A stretch of DNA of 63,511 nucleotides, filler included, from Octopus bimaculoides (GCF_001194135.2; 4 parts of 3 records of this genome joined end to end with filler, not necessarily neighbours in it), one strand, 5' to 3'. Shown: positions 1-13,492, counted from the whole stretch's first letter. The notes: generated by a model from the sequence alone, not told the origin. Program-made: numbers and translations.

Positions 1-348
1 ATATATATATATATATATAAACATATAGGCATACATACATACGTTACATTCATATTCTTCCTGATCAAAATATCATTTACCACATTGACAATGATTTCAA
101 CATCGTTCATTAAAAACCGCAACTGCATTCACAGATTATCTGTAACACAAGACGGATTTCGCTTCTGGTTAGTTACTTATGCTTTGACAACCTTGTTTCT
201 ATGGACGGTTCTTTTCTTCTGTTTGTTTATCTATATGTTTTCTATACGATTTCTTCCATACTGCCACAGTTAAGCTACTGAAAAAAAGATATAGATGTTT
301 CCTGTTGCCTACTGTCATATATAATCTGCAAACCAAATATGCCTGTAG

Positions 349-447
<99 letters not shown>

Positions 448-1655
448 TGCATGCATGCATTCCAAAATACGCTTGTGTGTGAATATAGGCGCATGTTAAG
501 TATCGGAGTTCTGTTCACTTATATGCATATATCCCTATAATCGTTTCTTNNNNNNNNNNNNNNNNNNNNNNNNNNNNNNNNNNNNNNNNNNNNNNNNNNN
601 NNNNNNNNNNNNNNNNNNNNNNNNNNNNNNNNNNNNNNNNNNNNNNNNNNNNNNNNNNNNNNNNNNNNNNNNNNNNNNNNNNNNNNNNNNNNNNNNNNNN
701 NNNNNNNNNNNNNNNNNNNNNNNNNNNNNNNNNNNNNNNNNNNNNNNNNNNNNNNNNNNNNNNNNNNNNNNNNNNNNNNNNNNNNNNNNNNNNNNNNNNN
801 NNNNNNNNNNNNNNNNNNNNNNNNNNNNNNNNNNNNNNNNNNNNNNNNNNNNNNNNNNNNNNNNNNNNNNNNNNNNNNNNNNNNNNNNNNNNNNNNNNNN
901 NNNNNNNNNNNNNNNNNNNNNNNNNNNNNNNNNNNNNNNNNNNNNNNNNNNNNNNNNNNNNNNNNNNNNNNNNNNNNNNNNNNNNNNNNNNNNNNNNNNN
1001 NNNNNNNNNNNNNNNNNNNNNNNNNNNNNNNNNNNNNNNNNNNNNNNNNNNNNNNNNNNNNNNNNNNNNNNNNNNNNNNNNNNNNNNNNNNNNNNNNNNN
1101 NNNNNNNNNNNNNNNNNNNNNNNNNNNNNNNNNNNNNNNNNNNNNNNNNNNNNNNNNNNNNNNNNNNNNNNNNNNNNNNNNNNNNNNNNNNNNNNNNNNN
1201 NNNNNNNNNNNNNNNNNNNNNNNNNNNNNNNNNNNNNNNNNNNNNNNNNNNNNNNNNNNNNNNNNNNNNNNNNNNNNNNNNNNNNNNNNNNNNNNNNNNN
1301 NNNNNNNNNNNNNNNNNNNNNNNNNNNNNNNNNNNNNNNNNNNNNNNNNNNNNNNNNNNNNNNNNNNNNNNNNNNNNNNNNNNNNNNNNNNNNNNNNNNN
1401 NNNNNNNNNNNNNNNNNNNNNNNNNNNNNNNNNNNNNNNNNNNNNATATATATATATATATATTCGTATGTGTGTGTATGCTTGTATGTACGTGTGCATG
1501 TATATGTATTTTGATACATATGTGCCTGTGTGTGTATACTTGTATTCTTCAGTAATGCATTTATATACATCCCTACACACAAAAACAAATTCGAACACGT
1601 ATACATGCGTGCTTAAGTCATAATCGCCTTGCTTTACCGATAACATCTTGCTTAC

Positions 1656-1717
1656 GAGGCGAATCGTAGATATCCAACAAAGGATTCCGGTATCTCTGGA
1701 GCAGTAGAGAAATGGGC
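1656..1717 (-). CDS. Candidate exon
   Basis: Acceptor cctaccctccctttag|GC, donor CTC|gtaagc. Phase 2-1 frame reads PISLLLQRYRNPLLDIYDSP. All three frames are open, so the frame is not constrained. Confidence 0.25.
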
Positions 1718-2283
1718 CTAAAGGGAGGGTAGGTATATACTGAACGATTGTTTGTGGTGAATTAGCAAACATTAGGCGGGAAAAGAAGAGATATCGCAAT
1801 GCAATGATATTAGAAAAGCGCGCATATAAGTCTGTGTGATAAGTAAGAGCTGCATCACTGATAGCAATAACATATTAACCAAAGTTAGTATTGTTTTATC
1901 ATATGATATATTATGTAGTGCATTCACATCTGGATGCTAGTTAGCTATATCCGTGATGTATGTAGTTACGTACGTATGTATTCGTGCATATATGGATGGA
2001 TGGATGGATGGATGAATGGATGGATGGATGGATGGATGGATATACGTACGTGTGTTTCTGAATGTATTGTAAGTATGCTTGTCTATATCTGTGAGTTGTA
2101 TGTGTGTGTACGTGTACGCATATATTTGTGTATATATATGTGTATCTATATGTGTGTGTGTGTACGTTTTTACGCGTGTGTGTGAGTGTATGTATATATA
2201 TATATATGTATGTATGTACGTATGTATATATATATATGTGCACACACACACATACATATATGCGGATATATCTCTGCATATGT

Positions 2284-2324
<41 letters not shown>

Positions 2325-2934
2325 NNNNNNNNNNNNNNNNNNNNNNNNNNNNNNNNNNNNNNNNNNNNNNNNNNNNNNNNNNNNNNNNNNNNNNNNNNNN
2401 NNNNTATATATATCAGTACTTACTCGAACATATGCTATTAGGGAGAATGTCTCTCTCTTTTCCTCTTTCACTCACCCCCGCCATTTCTCCTTTCTCTCTC
2501 TCTCTCTCTCTCTCGCTCTCTCACTCTCTCTCTCTCTCTCTCGCTCTCTCTCTTTTTCTCTCTCCACACACACATGCACACACACACACACACACACTAT
2601 TTCCTACTTATCTATCTATCTATCATACACTCTCCATAAGAGATATTCATCAAGTCTGACATGACGATCAGTTTTTTTAAATACAGGATTTATATATCCG
2701 ACGGACACTTTCTATTTGTGGATCGCCTTTTGCACTAACCGCCGCTCTTCTCCCAACACAACCTCTTTACACATATCTAAACTGTCATGACATCTTCAGC
2801 CACTATTTTCTCCTCTTTTAGAGTTGCTTTGCCATTTGGAATTACTCAGAATAGAAATCAAGAAAAATCGTGCGATATTTTCTGCTCATGTATAAGAATA
2901 ATGATGGAAATACAATAATAACGAAATACTGGTT

Positions 2935-3235
2935 TTAGTCTTTGGAACAAAGCCAGTGGTGATGGAATAAGTGGATTACTTCGAACCCAGTGTCCAACTG
3001 GTGCTTATCTAATCGATCTCGAAGGAACGTCGATGTGAACAGAATTTGAATTCAGAACGTAAACACGGACGAAATGCCAATGAGTTTTTTGGCCCAACGA
3101 ATCAACGAATCTGCTCACACGCCGCCTTAGAATAATAATCTCTACTGTAGGCACATGGTCTGAAATTTAGGGTTGGGGATGGGACTAGTCGATTACTTAG
3201 TTTATAGACTCCGAAAGCATGAAAGGTAAACTCAT
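2935..3235 (-). mobile_element. Decayed SINE family A copies (others at about 25760-25990 and 49900-50045)
   Basis: aatttgaattcagaacgtaa...gacgaaatgcc matches the reverse complement of the family A head. Confidence 0.6.
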
Positions 3236-3239
3236 AGTG

Positions 3240-3378
3240 TTGTTTTGCATTTATAATAAAATAAATATATACAAATTATAAAATTGATGATTAAAAAAGT
3301 ATACAGTACAGTACTGTTTCTACTTCGCGGATTTTCACCTAACGCGGTGGGAACCTGCGATATTCGAGGAATTACTGT
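3240..3378 (-). mobile_element. Tigger-like element end, uninterrupted copy
   Basis: Reverse complement reads tacagtaattcctcgaatatcgcagg...gtagaaacagtactgtactgtat. Confidence 0.65.
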
Positions 3379-3774
3379 ACTGAATTTCATATAATATTAT
3401 TTAGGACTTTCGCAGAATCTTCTAGAGGATCGGAGAATTGGATAAAATGCTTCGAGTATTTAGTTACGAACCTTCACATTCCGAGTTGAAATCCTTTACG
3501 TTTTTTTTACCAAGTCAAGTACTGAGATTGACGTAATGCAGTTACCCTCTGTTGAAAAAAGTTTTCACCATGCCAATACAAGAAGTCATTATTCAAAACA
3601 TATGAAGGAACAGGCTTCTGTAAAGTCGTCAGACATGAGGAAGTGAGATTTCAGTAAGATCATGTTGATGCACTTCGAACATCTTTAGATCAATGCGTGC
3701 GTGGAACGAAACATAGGATGCAGGAATTCAGTATGGTTCTTTGGAACAGAGTAAACTCTGTTACGGTAACTCAC

Positions 3775-3838
3775 GAACCAAATGAGTTTATAGCGGGTCC
3801 ATCCTGTCTTTTGAGTAAACGCTTGTGAGGAATATTTG
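3775..3838 (-). CDS. Candidate exon
   Basis: Acceptor ctatactcttcaatacacag|CA, donor TTC|gtgagt. Phase 1-2 frame reads NIPHKRLLKRQDGPAINSFG, phase-compatible with 8486-8551. Confidence 0.3.
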
Positions 3839-4687
3839 CTGTGTATTGAAGAGTATAGTGCGACAGTCTGACTACTTGTGGTGTGTACGGTACGAAGTAC
3901 GTAAACGTTAGATACAGTCAGTTAATGAATTGATGGATTAGAAAGAGGAAGAAGAAAACAGTTTCGTTGACACGTTGTCTGAGCCTTCGAGAATATTGAA
4001 CAGAAGGTAGAAATGCTCCCAACAAACTAGCCTCTACTAAAACAACTAAAGCGGTCCAGGTGGTGGTGGTCTAGGCGGACGACGGATTAAATTGATATTG
4101 GTGTGTGAGCCCCCAAGAGAGATAGGAACAAGTATATCTACGTCCACAGATGTTACCGCCGTGATTAATTAGATCTATGTTCATAGCTAAGCCACGTTAA
4201 AACAGAACTGTGTTCACAATCATTCCAGTCATGAACATTTTATTCATTTGGTTGTTTGTTGGTTTTTTGGTTAACATCTAAGAATGCTTATTCTATTATA
4301 CCTGCTCTTTGTTTAAGGCATGTAGGATTATTCATTGTTATTTCTAGCAGAATAAGTAACGTCTAGAATCTAGAATCTAGAATCGTTGCATGTATGTCTA
4401 TCTTTTTCATAGATATATAGGGATAAACAATCTTCTATGTGCTGTCCAGAATACATGAGGTGTTCGTCTGGTATGTTTATTTTTTTGTTTATTTCTATGT
4501 GCATTGACTATACTATACTGACAAGTGAAGAGTATAGATTACTATAATGATCACGAAATCGGCGATCTATAGTTCAGTCTGTTTTTAAAAGGCTAGCTTC
4601 CTTGAAGGCTACATTTCCTCGCATTCGGTAAAAATGTGTTTATTACGGTAGTTAACGTGAGGCATTCTTGTATAGTTNNNNNNNNNN

Positions 4688-4736
<49 letters not shown>

Positions 4737-5632
4737 ATATGATTTAGGGAAAAACGATAGATTCTTCCCTGTGAATTTTTTTCACGATAACTACTTGATA
4801 AATTCTTATATAAGAGTTTATCCTATTATTGTATTAATTTGAGTGTGTGTATGTATGTGTGCATGTGCATGTGTGTATTTACATATCCAGTTTGCAACCG
4901 AGGCTGCCCATCGAAGACTGGCATTAAACTAATCGAAAAATATTCAAACGAAGAACAGGGTTAGCATCGTACGCAATGGACAACTAACAACAAATAAGAA
5001 AGCAAGTTTATTTCGTGCATTATGGCAGCTAGAGCTAGCGACCACCATTTTTTATTCATATTTCATGATATAGCTATAGATACCATGAAGTTCATGCGAA
5101 AGTAACGGCTTATGTAAACCTCTCTACCATCATTTTTTCATATTCTTAACTAAATACATTACATTTATCAAACAAATTCTCTTCCTTTGGTCATCATGAA
5201 TTTTAATATCATTAAGGAAAAAGCTTGGAAAAAATAAATTTCTCTGTGCTCTGTTGGATCACAAGTTAAAAATGACTAATGTAATGATATTTCACATGAC
5301 AATGTTGTTTCCCTGCGGCGGCAAGATATTTTCCAATGTGACAAATGTTCTTTCACCAGCATTAGTCTTTCCACAAATTAGATGTAAATTACACCACATG
5401 TTACCTCACTGATAGCCACATGAACCGTGAAACAGTGAAGCAATAACCATTGAAATATTGTTCAATAATTAATAAGCGGTCAGTGAAGAGGCATGAAAGG
5501 ATTTTTGGCCAGGCCACTTTCTGCTCGGTGTTCAAATTTTACATGGTGTTAATGGATTCTAGATTTCCTTTCAGGATCGATAAAATGAGTAAAAATGAAA
5601 TTAGTCTCGTCGATTTCATCGCTTCTTTCCAA

Positions 5633-5704
<72 letters not shown>
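5633..5704. repeat. (AAT)n microsatellite
   Basis: Direct reading. Confidence 0.97.
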
Positions 5705-6019
5705 CCTACGTAAAATACTGTCTATGTGATCTCAAATTTTAAAGCAAACACATAATTTTCGTATGGTTTCTTAACCATTCACTTGAACAAAACTGTACTA
5801 CAAATCCAAATATATGGTACCCTAGGCATAACACCTACATGAACTTCTAACTTGTTGTCTCTTGAGGTCTCTGGGTGAGACTTAGATCCAACTTGTACAA
5901 ATGCAAAACAAAAGTCAAACATAAAATAATAATAATAATAGTAAAAATCATAGGGTCAATAGCATTATGAAAATCAATCATGTTATGATATTCATATATG
6001 TGTATATGTGTGCTTGTAT

Positions 6020-6079
<60 letters not shown>

Positions 6080-6189
6080 CTGTGTGTGTGCCTGTGTGTG
6101 TGTGTGCCTGTGTGGCTGTATCCGTGTGTGGCTGTGTCTGCGCATACATATAAACATATACAGAGACCGCGTGTGTATCGTTGGCGATT

Positions 6190-6365
6190 TTCTTTCTGTC
6201 TCTTCCCTTCTTTGGACTTTTCCTATATTTCTGATGAAGAGCCTCCGCTCGAAACGTGAAATCCACTTTCTTTTCTTTCCTGTCCTGACCTTCCAATAAC
6301 ACAGTACTTGCACCACGTCCTCGCGTTGTTGTTTTTCTTGCTTTTTATTGTTTAGATTGACTACA
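6190..6365 (+). mobile_element. Penelope-type terminal-repeat fragment
   Basis: Hammerhead followed by sequence related to the 57.5-kb copy (ccac-gtcctc..gttgttgttttt). Confidence 0.5.
6227..6262 (+). ncRNA. Minimal hammerhead motif, cleavage triplet GUG (likely inactive)
   Basis: AUUU-CUGAUGA-A-GAGC CUCC GCUC-GAAAC-GUG-AAAU. Confidence 0.6.
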
Positions 6366-6661
6366 TACATATATATATACATATATACATACAGTTATAT
6401 ATGCATATATATATATATATTGTCGTCGCCGTCGTCATCATCATCATCATCATTATCATGTTGGACCGTTAATCTCTACACATTTTGTCTCTATTGTTTT
6501 ATCATTCTTTCTCTGTTTGCTTCCTCTTAATCCTTTCTATCCAAGAGCCTAACCTCGAAACGAAGAAGATTTTTCCATATTTCCCGACCGTTAAGCTAAT
6601 ATACCTGCTACTTGTTGCTACACTTCTTTTCTGTAATTTTGATTTATATGTATACAGATTC

Positions 6662-6713
<52 letters not shown>

Positions 6714-6913
6714 GAAGAGAGAGAGAGAGAAAGAGAGAGGGAGAAAGAGAAAGAGAGTGTACAGTTTAAATATACAGATGACATTGGAGCTGACAACCTT
6801 GGTGAAGATTTTATTTATGACCAAAAGAACTATTCTTTCCCGACGAAGAAAAAAAAAGCAAATGTTAAATTATTTTCAAATAAGACTTCGAAGGAATCTA
6901 GCTATATGACATA

Positions 6914-7386
6914 CCGTTAATCCTCAAGTATAATCCGCACATTTTTCCCAAAATTTAAAGGTCAAAATTTCTAGTGCGTACTATATACGAGGTTAAAAAT
7001 GAAAAATATTTTCAAAGCAATGTCCAAGTCTCTATTTTCTGTCCGTGTCTCTATTTGCTGTCCGGCAATGCTTATTCAGATGCATTTTGTGATGCCGGGC
7101 GGGAAAATACCTTAAGCTATATTTATTTTCACTGACGTTATTTCTTTATTTTCTGCAATCAAAATGCAAAAAAAGCTACACGTTTGCATTATGTTCTATA
7201 TACAATAATAATTAAGGATGTTACCGTATATATGTTTACAAACCAAGAACGTTATATAGACTTCCTTGACTCAAGTTAGAGAAGGGGTGCGTATAATACA
7301 CAAGGTTTAGGTTTTTCAGAGGTACAGCCCCCTATAGATCCCCTACGTATTATATTCAAGGGCGGACTATACTCGAGGATTTACGG
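6914..7386. mobile_element. pogo/Tigger-like MITE, TA TSD
   Basis: TIRs CCGTTAATCCTCAAGTATAATCCGC and CCGTAAATCCTCGAGTATAGTCCGC (22/25), flanked by TA. Confidence 0.85.
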
Positions 7387-7560
7387 TATTCAGATATAGA
7401 CTCCGATGAGACTAGCAATTACTGTCTCTAGACAACTCTCAGAATACAATAATCTAAAACATAATCACTATTTGGATTTGCCGTTACCATGTTTCGAAGC
7501 AGCCGTTTTCAAAGGCCATAACCACACATCAAATTTCATCCGGAATTGAAGAGATTATGC

Positions 7561-8012
7561 GCAGGAGTGGCTGTGTGGTAAGTAGCTTCCTTACCAGCCA
7601 CAAGATTCCGGGCTCAGTCCCACAGCGTGGCACCTTGGGCAAGTGTGTTCCGCTATAGCCTCTAAAGCCTTGTGAGTGGATTTGGTAGACAGAAACTGAA
7701 AGACGCCCATCGTATATATATGTATACATCTATATATATATATATNNNNNNNNNNNNNNNNNNNNNNNNNNNNNNNNNNNNNNNNNNNNNNNNNNNNNNN
7801 NNNNNNNNNNNNNNNNNNNNNNNNNNNNNNNNNNNNNNNNNNNNNNNNNNNNNNNNNNNNNNNNNNNNNNNNNNNNNNNNNNNNNNNNNNNNNNNNNNNN
7901 NNNNNNNNNNNNNNNNNNNNNNNNNNNNNNNNNNNNNNNNNNNNNNNNNNNNNNNNNNNNNNNNNNNNNNNNNNNNNNNNNNNNNNNNNNNNNNNNNNNN
8001 NNNNNNNNNNNN

Positions 8013-8052
<40 letters not shown>

Positions 8053-8330
8053 GTGTGTGTGTGTGTGTCTGTGTGTGTGTCTGTGTGTGTGTGTGTCTGT
8101 GTGTGTGTGTTTGTGTGTCTGTGTTTGTTCCCCCCCAACTTCGCTTGACAACCGATGCTGGTGTGTTTAGGTCCCCGTAACCTAGCGGTTCGGCAAAAGT
8201 GAACGATAGAATAAGTACCTGGCTTACAAAGAATAAGTTCTGGGGTCGATTTGCTCGACTAAAGGCGGTGCTCCAGCATGGCCACAGTCAAATGGCTGAA
8301 ACAAGTAAAAGAGTAAAAGAGTAAACGAGT
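7561..8330 (+). mobile_element. SINE family B (tRNA-like head, internal (TA)/(TG) microsatellite, AAAAGAGT tail)
   Basis: gcaggagtggctgtgtggtaagtagc head; ggtgctccagcatggccacagtc...gaaacaagtaaaagagt tail. Confidence 0.85.
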
Positions 8331-8485
8331 AACTCTTTATGAAGAAAGGAAAACATTTCTTAGACGCGCTGGTTTTGCCAGAAACGCACCCTTTTTTATC
8401 GAGTATGATCTCCATACATCTAGCTTGCATTGATTATGGCTGATTAACTTTTAAGTTAATGCAGTAAGACAAAGATTTAACTCAC

Positions 8486-8551
8486 CGGTGGTGAAACAGG
8501 TAGAATCTACAACACTGATGCGTTTCATTGGCTCACAGTCACATCTGCTTT
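8486..8551 (-). CDS. Probable internal exon, EGF-like Cys-rich segment of the same minus-strand gene
   Basis: 66 nt, phase 1-1. Acceptor ttaattttcttgtccaacgtatag|AA, donor CCG|gtgagt. Translates SRCDCEPMKRISVVDSTCFTT, resembling the CxCx...C half of an EGF module. Confidence 0.5.
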
Positions 8552-9381
8552 CTATACGTTGGACAAGAAAATTAACATAAGGAAGACGAGAAAATAGCCA
8601 GGTGAAAACTTGATGCGTGTAATATGGATTCTATGCAACAGGAGATAATCTGTTATCAACGCTTACGATTGGAAAATGAGATTGAAGGTAATAGAAAATA
8701 AAGATATGAATATACAGAAGACTTTAATTCAATTTCCTAGCTTTAGAGAAAACGTGATTCAGTGACTTACTACTTCTACATTTATAAAAAAGTAATCCCA
8801 GTTTTGAATTAACTATTACAATTTAATGCAAATCATTTTAAAAATAAGCACAAATTTACTGTAAGTAAACAAATCAGTGGGGCTGGTTCTGTCCCTAGTC
8901 TTAAGTTATTGTTGTGTATAACATCTACTAGCATTTCCTTGTGTATTTCATTTCAATAACGTCTGTGTTATAATTTAAATTTTTGCATGGTACGGATGTA
9001 ATTTGATTGCCGTTAACCTTCTCTAAACTAAGTAGAGGACGAATACACAATTTTGCTCTATTGATATTCAACGCGTTTGAAAATTTTATATAATGTTGTA
9101 AAAGTTAGTAATGAAGATTACAGTTTAGTAAACCCATCAATTGTAGATAGGGTTTCACACTACATCTAAAGATGAGCGTATTTTTTACACTTATTAATTA
9201 TATAATCTGTCTGAATTTATCGTCTTTAATATAATGATTTACATCAACATAACTATAAAACTTATACGTTACGACATATAAATATATATATATATATGTA
9301 TATGTATGTATGCATGTAGGTATGTATGTATATACGCATGTTTGTATGTGTGTGCATGGATATAAATATGTATGGATGTAG

Positions 9382-9427
<46 letters not shown>

Positions 9428-10295
9428 CATAGATACATGTATGTATGTATTTATATGTATATGCATGTATGTATATATGCATACACACATACATATCTAC
9501 ATACAACCGTATTGATGTTATAAATTTTAAAAGTATTGAAGTAAATCATTTATATTATTTATACACAGCATAGATATGAAATGTGTGATATAATACACAC
9601 NNNNNNNNNNNNNNNNNNNNNNNNNNNNNNNNNNNNNNNNNNNNNNNNNNNNNNNNNNNNNNNNNNNNNNNNNNNNNNNNNNNNNNNNNNNNNNNNNNNN
9701 NNNNNNNNNNNNNNNNNNNNNNNNNNNNNNNNNNNNNNNNNNNNNNNNNNNNNNNNNNNNNNNNNNNNNNNNNNNNNNNNNNNNNNNNNNNNNNNNNNNN
9801 NNNNNNNNNNNNNNNNNNNNNNNNNNNNNNNNNNNNNNNNNNNNNNNNNNNNNNNNNNNNNNNNNNNNNNNNNNNNNNNNNNNNNNNNNNNNNNNNNNNN
9901 NNNNNNNNNNNNNNNNNNNNNNNNNNNNNNNNNNNNNNNNNNNNNNNNNNNNNNNNNNNNNNNNNNNNNNNNNNNNNNNNNNNNNNNNNNNNNNNNNNNN
10001 NNNNNNNNNNNNNNNNNNNNNNNNNNNNNNNNNNNNNNNNNNNNNNNNNNNNNNNNNNNNNNNNNNNNNNNNNNNNNNNNNNNNNNNNNNNNNNNNNNNN
10101 NNNNNNNNNNNNNNNNNNNNNNNNNNNNNNNNNNNNNNNNNNNNNNNNNNNNNNNNNNNNNNNNNNNNNNNNNNNNNNNNNNNNNNNNNNNNNNNNNNNN
10201 NNNNNNNNNNNNNNNNNNNNNNNNNNNNNNNATATATATACACATATATATACATGTATATATATGTATATAAATATATCTATATATCTATTTGC

Positions 10296-10340
<45 letters not shown>

Positions 10341-11181
10341 TATATAAGCAAATAAGTATATGTATCTAAAATATTATAGATATATATGTTATCCTATTTC
10401 TCATCTCTGTTGGTAAGTTCGGCAATATTCAACTATGGATAATGCTTTTCCCTCTTACTAACATTAAGAAATAACACCAGAAGATAATATGCCTGCGCCA
10501 GTGTACGTATATATGTACGCGTCTCTCTCTGTACATACATATATGTAGACACACATATATATATATATGTATGCGTGCATGTATATATGTATGCTTGTAT
10601 CACTATATGTATCTATGCGCTTTTAAGTGCGTTCTTGTCTTCATATATTAGTGTTCGTTGTGATTATATATGTTCGTGTCTGTGATGAATATTAATGGTT
10701 AATTACAGAGATAAAATTGTCAGTTAATTTTCTTCACACAGTAACATGTTCAGCAATGTCTTTCACTGATCGATAGATTTTCTTTGTTGATCAAGCAGTT
10801 GACTATTTAGGTGTTTTTTTTTCTTCTTCGTCTTCCTTGTCTTTCTTCTTTCTAATCGATAGATAAAATCTTACTCGCGTTTACTTATATTCCTTTCTTT
10901 AAAAAAAAAATAATAATAAAAGAAGAGAAAAAAAAACGAAAATCAGTTGTGTTTCCGATTCTATTAAAACTTGTTATCTCTGTTGAGTGTCGTAGAGCAG
11001 AACAGGATAAAACAGAAGCTCCTGTCGACCCTCCAGCCTACTTGCAGTGGTTCGATTCTCAGGCGAAGACGTTTCACAAAACTTGTGCCGCAATTTCTCT
11101 CTGAGAAAGACACACAACTCACAAAGATTCTCTGTTTTGTTAGATATAGATAAGAAAATAATGAAAAGAAACAGTATAAGG

Positions 11182-11575
11182 AGCAAGCATGGCTCTGTGG
11201 TTAAGAATCTTGCTTTGCAATCACGTGATTTTGGTTTCCGTCCCACTGCCCGGCACCTTAATCTAGTGTTTTGTATTATAGCCCCGAGCCGATCAATGCC
11301 TGGAGAATGAATTTCGTAGATGGACATTATATGGAAGATCGTCTTGTATATTTATGCTTCTGTGTCCTTGAATTTGTGTTTGTTCTAACACCAACACGGA
11401 TTGAAAATCGGTGTTGGTTTGTTTATACTCCTGCTACTTAGCATCAAGGCGAAAGAGCTAGATAGAATAAAGTACCAGACTTTAAATAACGAGTTACTGG
11501 AGTCGATTTGTGGTATAAATGCTTTCCTGACAATGCTCCAGCATGGCCGCAGACCAATAACAGAAACAAAATAAT
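11182..11575 (+). mobile_element. SINE family B, older copy
   Basis: Diverged head and tail are both recognisable. Confidence 0.7.
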
Positions 11576-11669
11576 ACGGCAAACGGTTCGAAAGATAAAG
11601 GAGATCCAGACAAATCCGACTGGGAAACACGGTTTTAAATCCCTTTTCAATCCTAAATTATTATTTGAA

Positions 11670-11971
11670 TATTTTCAGTTATTTGACTGCGGCCATGCTT
11701 GAGCGCCGCCTGTAGTTGAACAAATCGACCCCAGAGCTTATTCTTTGTAAGCCTAGTACTTATTCTATCCGTCTCTTTTGCCGAACTAGTAAGTTATGGG
11801 ACGTAAACATACCAACACTGGATGTCAAGCGATGGTGTGGGGACAAACACACACCCAAACACACAAATATGTACAAATATATATATATGTGTATGTATAT
11901 ATATGTATATATGTATATACGTATATATACATATATATATGTATATATGTATATATACATATATATATATG

Positions 11972-12070
<99 letters not shown>

Positions 12071-12170
12071 TCTCAAATTCTTTCTGTATTCCCGAGCGTT
12101 AAACTAATACATCCTTTTATTGTTTACACCACCTGTCCCCGTCTGTTGTTTTTTTCGTAAATTCTCCCAT

Positions 12171-12229
<59 letters not shown>

Positions 12230-12395
12230 CACACGACAGGCTTCTTTCAGTTTCCCTCTACTAAATCCACTCACAAGGCTTTGGTCGGCCCAAGACTATA
12301 GTAGAAGGTACATGCCCAAGGTGTCACGCAGTGGGACTAAACCAAGAACCTTGTGGTTGAGAAGCAAGCATCTTACCACACAGCCAGTCCTGCGA
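11670..12395 (-). mobile_element. SINE family B with expanded internal microsatellite and nested Penelope-type fragment
   Basis: Tail at 11670-11850, head at 12230-12395. Confidence 0.8.
12070..12174 (+). mobile_element. Ribozyme-less copy of the same Penelope-type repeat, nested inside a SINE's internal microsatellite
   Basis: ctttctgtattcccgagcgttaaactaatacatcctttt...cgtaaattctcc matches the reverse complement of 57510-57608. Confidence 0.65.
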
Positions 12396-12859
12396 CTATA
12401 TTTTACTACTATTTCTAATATCGTAAAAATTTTTTGGAGAAGAAAATTTATTTAGTTCCTTTGTTTTAAGGTTTCGAGTCCATCATGTTTGACAATGCAT
12501 TTACATATGCGAATGATAGCTAGTGCGTTATTGAGGTTGTTCCTGTTGACAGATTCCTGATATGTAGAATGCCGGAGTATAAAACTTAACATATAATTAC
12601 GGACAAGAATCATGCCTCTTCATCGATGTGACTGTCGTAATCGACATAAATATATCTGTGAAAATCTGCCAAAAACTTGGCTGTGAAAACGACATCCATT
12701 TATGAATTTATTTATTTAATTTTTTTTTAAATACATATTTTTACCTGTAAATTTGCGTGTGTAAACTGGGAGTGCATACAAGGAGCTTCTCTGCCCTAGG
12801 CGAGAAATGGAAGAAAATTTGAAGAAAGAAGAAAAAAAAAACAACATAATAATAATAAA

Positions 12860-13395
12860 TTTCCTGATGCAGTACCAGGCAGTGGCTCTCATGGCTTCTG
12901 ATCTTAATTGATTGGAAGTGTTATCATGTACATTGTTTTGTCTTGGTATAAAAGATGGGCTACAGCAAATATCCTGCTAAATACCACAGATTTGCTTGTC
13001 AGTTGTTTGACCTTAACTAGTTGAGCATGTCCCTTGGTGGCTGACGATATGTGCATCTCTAATCATGAGCAGAAGTAGTGGGGGAGCATCATAGCCATGT
13101 GTTGAAAGGATTTATTTGGGGTTTGGATAATTCACCTCTGGAAACAGGTTGTTTCGTTTAACATCCTTAAACAACCTTTATTGAGGGACCTTTTGAGCGG
13201 AATGAGGTACTCAACCTGAATAAAATTCTAACTGGGCCCCACCTGCGAGGTCATGCGCTGTTTATCGTGATATGAGATCACCATGTCGCGCACATATGGT
13301 TGTGATGCATGTGCCTGGTGTACCCTTATCAGACGGGTAGTCACGATGGGTATAATGGGCTTCGTATATTTTACTCCAAAGTCACTTTGATAGCA
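12860..13395. repeat. Unclassified interspersed repeat
   Basis: Higher-GC block with sharp borders, abutting the (AAT)/(AGT)n tract. Single copy in the window; classification is recall only. Confidence 0.35.
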
Positions 13396-13421
13396 TACAT
13401 TGCTGTCTCGCACAATAATAA

Positions 13422-13491
<70 letters not shown>
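13422..13491. repeat. (AGT)n microsatellite
   Basis: Direct reading. Confidence 0.97.

Positions 13492-13492
<1 letters not shown>

Noticed and set aside
2765-2800. Minus-strand CUGAAGA-UGUC AU GACA hairpin
   Set aside because: The GAAA half of the core is missing; too decayed to call a hammerhead.
4413-4470. Plus-strand exon candidate IYRDKQSSMCCPEYMRCSS
   Set aside because: The splice sites are plausible but it is isolated and not phase-compatible with the other plus-strand candidate.
5835-5891. Possible extra minus-strand exon (GSKSHPETSRDNKLEVHV)
   Set aside because: AAG acceptor and gtgtta donor are weak; phase fit alone is insufficient.
10996-11103. Plus-strand terminal-exon candidate AEQDKTEAPVDPPAYLQWFDSQAKTFHKTCAAISL*
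   Set aside because: Protein-like, but the acceptor is modest, I recognise no domain, and it is antisense to the better-supported gene. Worth a tBLASTn only.
13043-13075. Other CTGANGA words (13043, 15624, 25213, 32344, 35024, 38014, 38575)
   Set aside because: None has a stem II closed by GAAA; expected chance matches.
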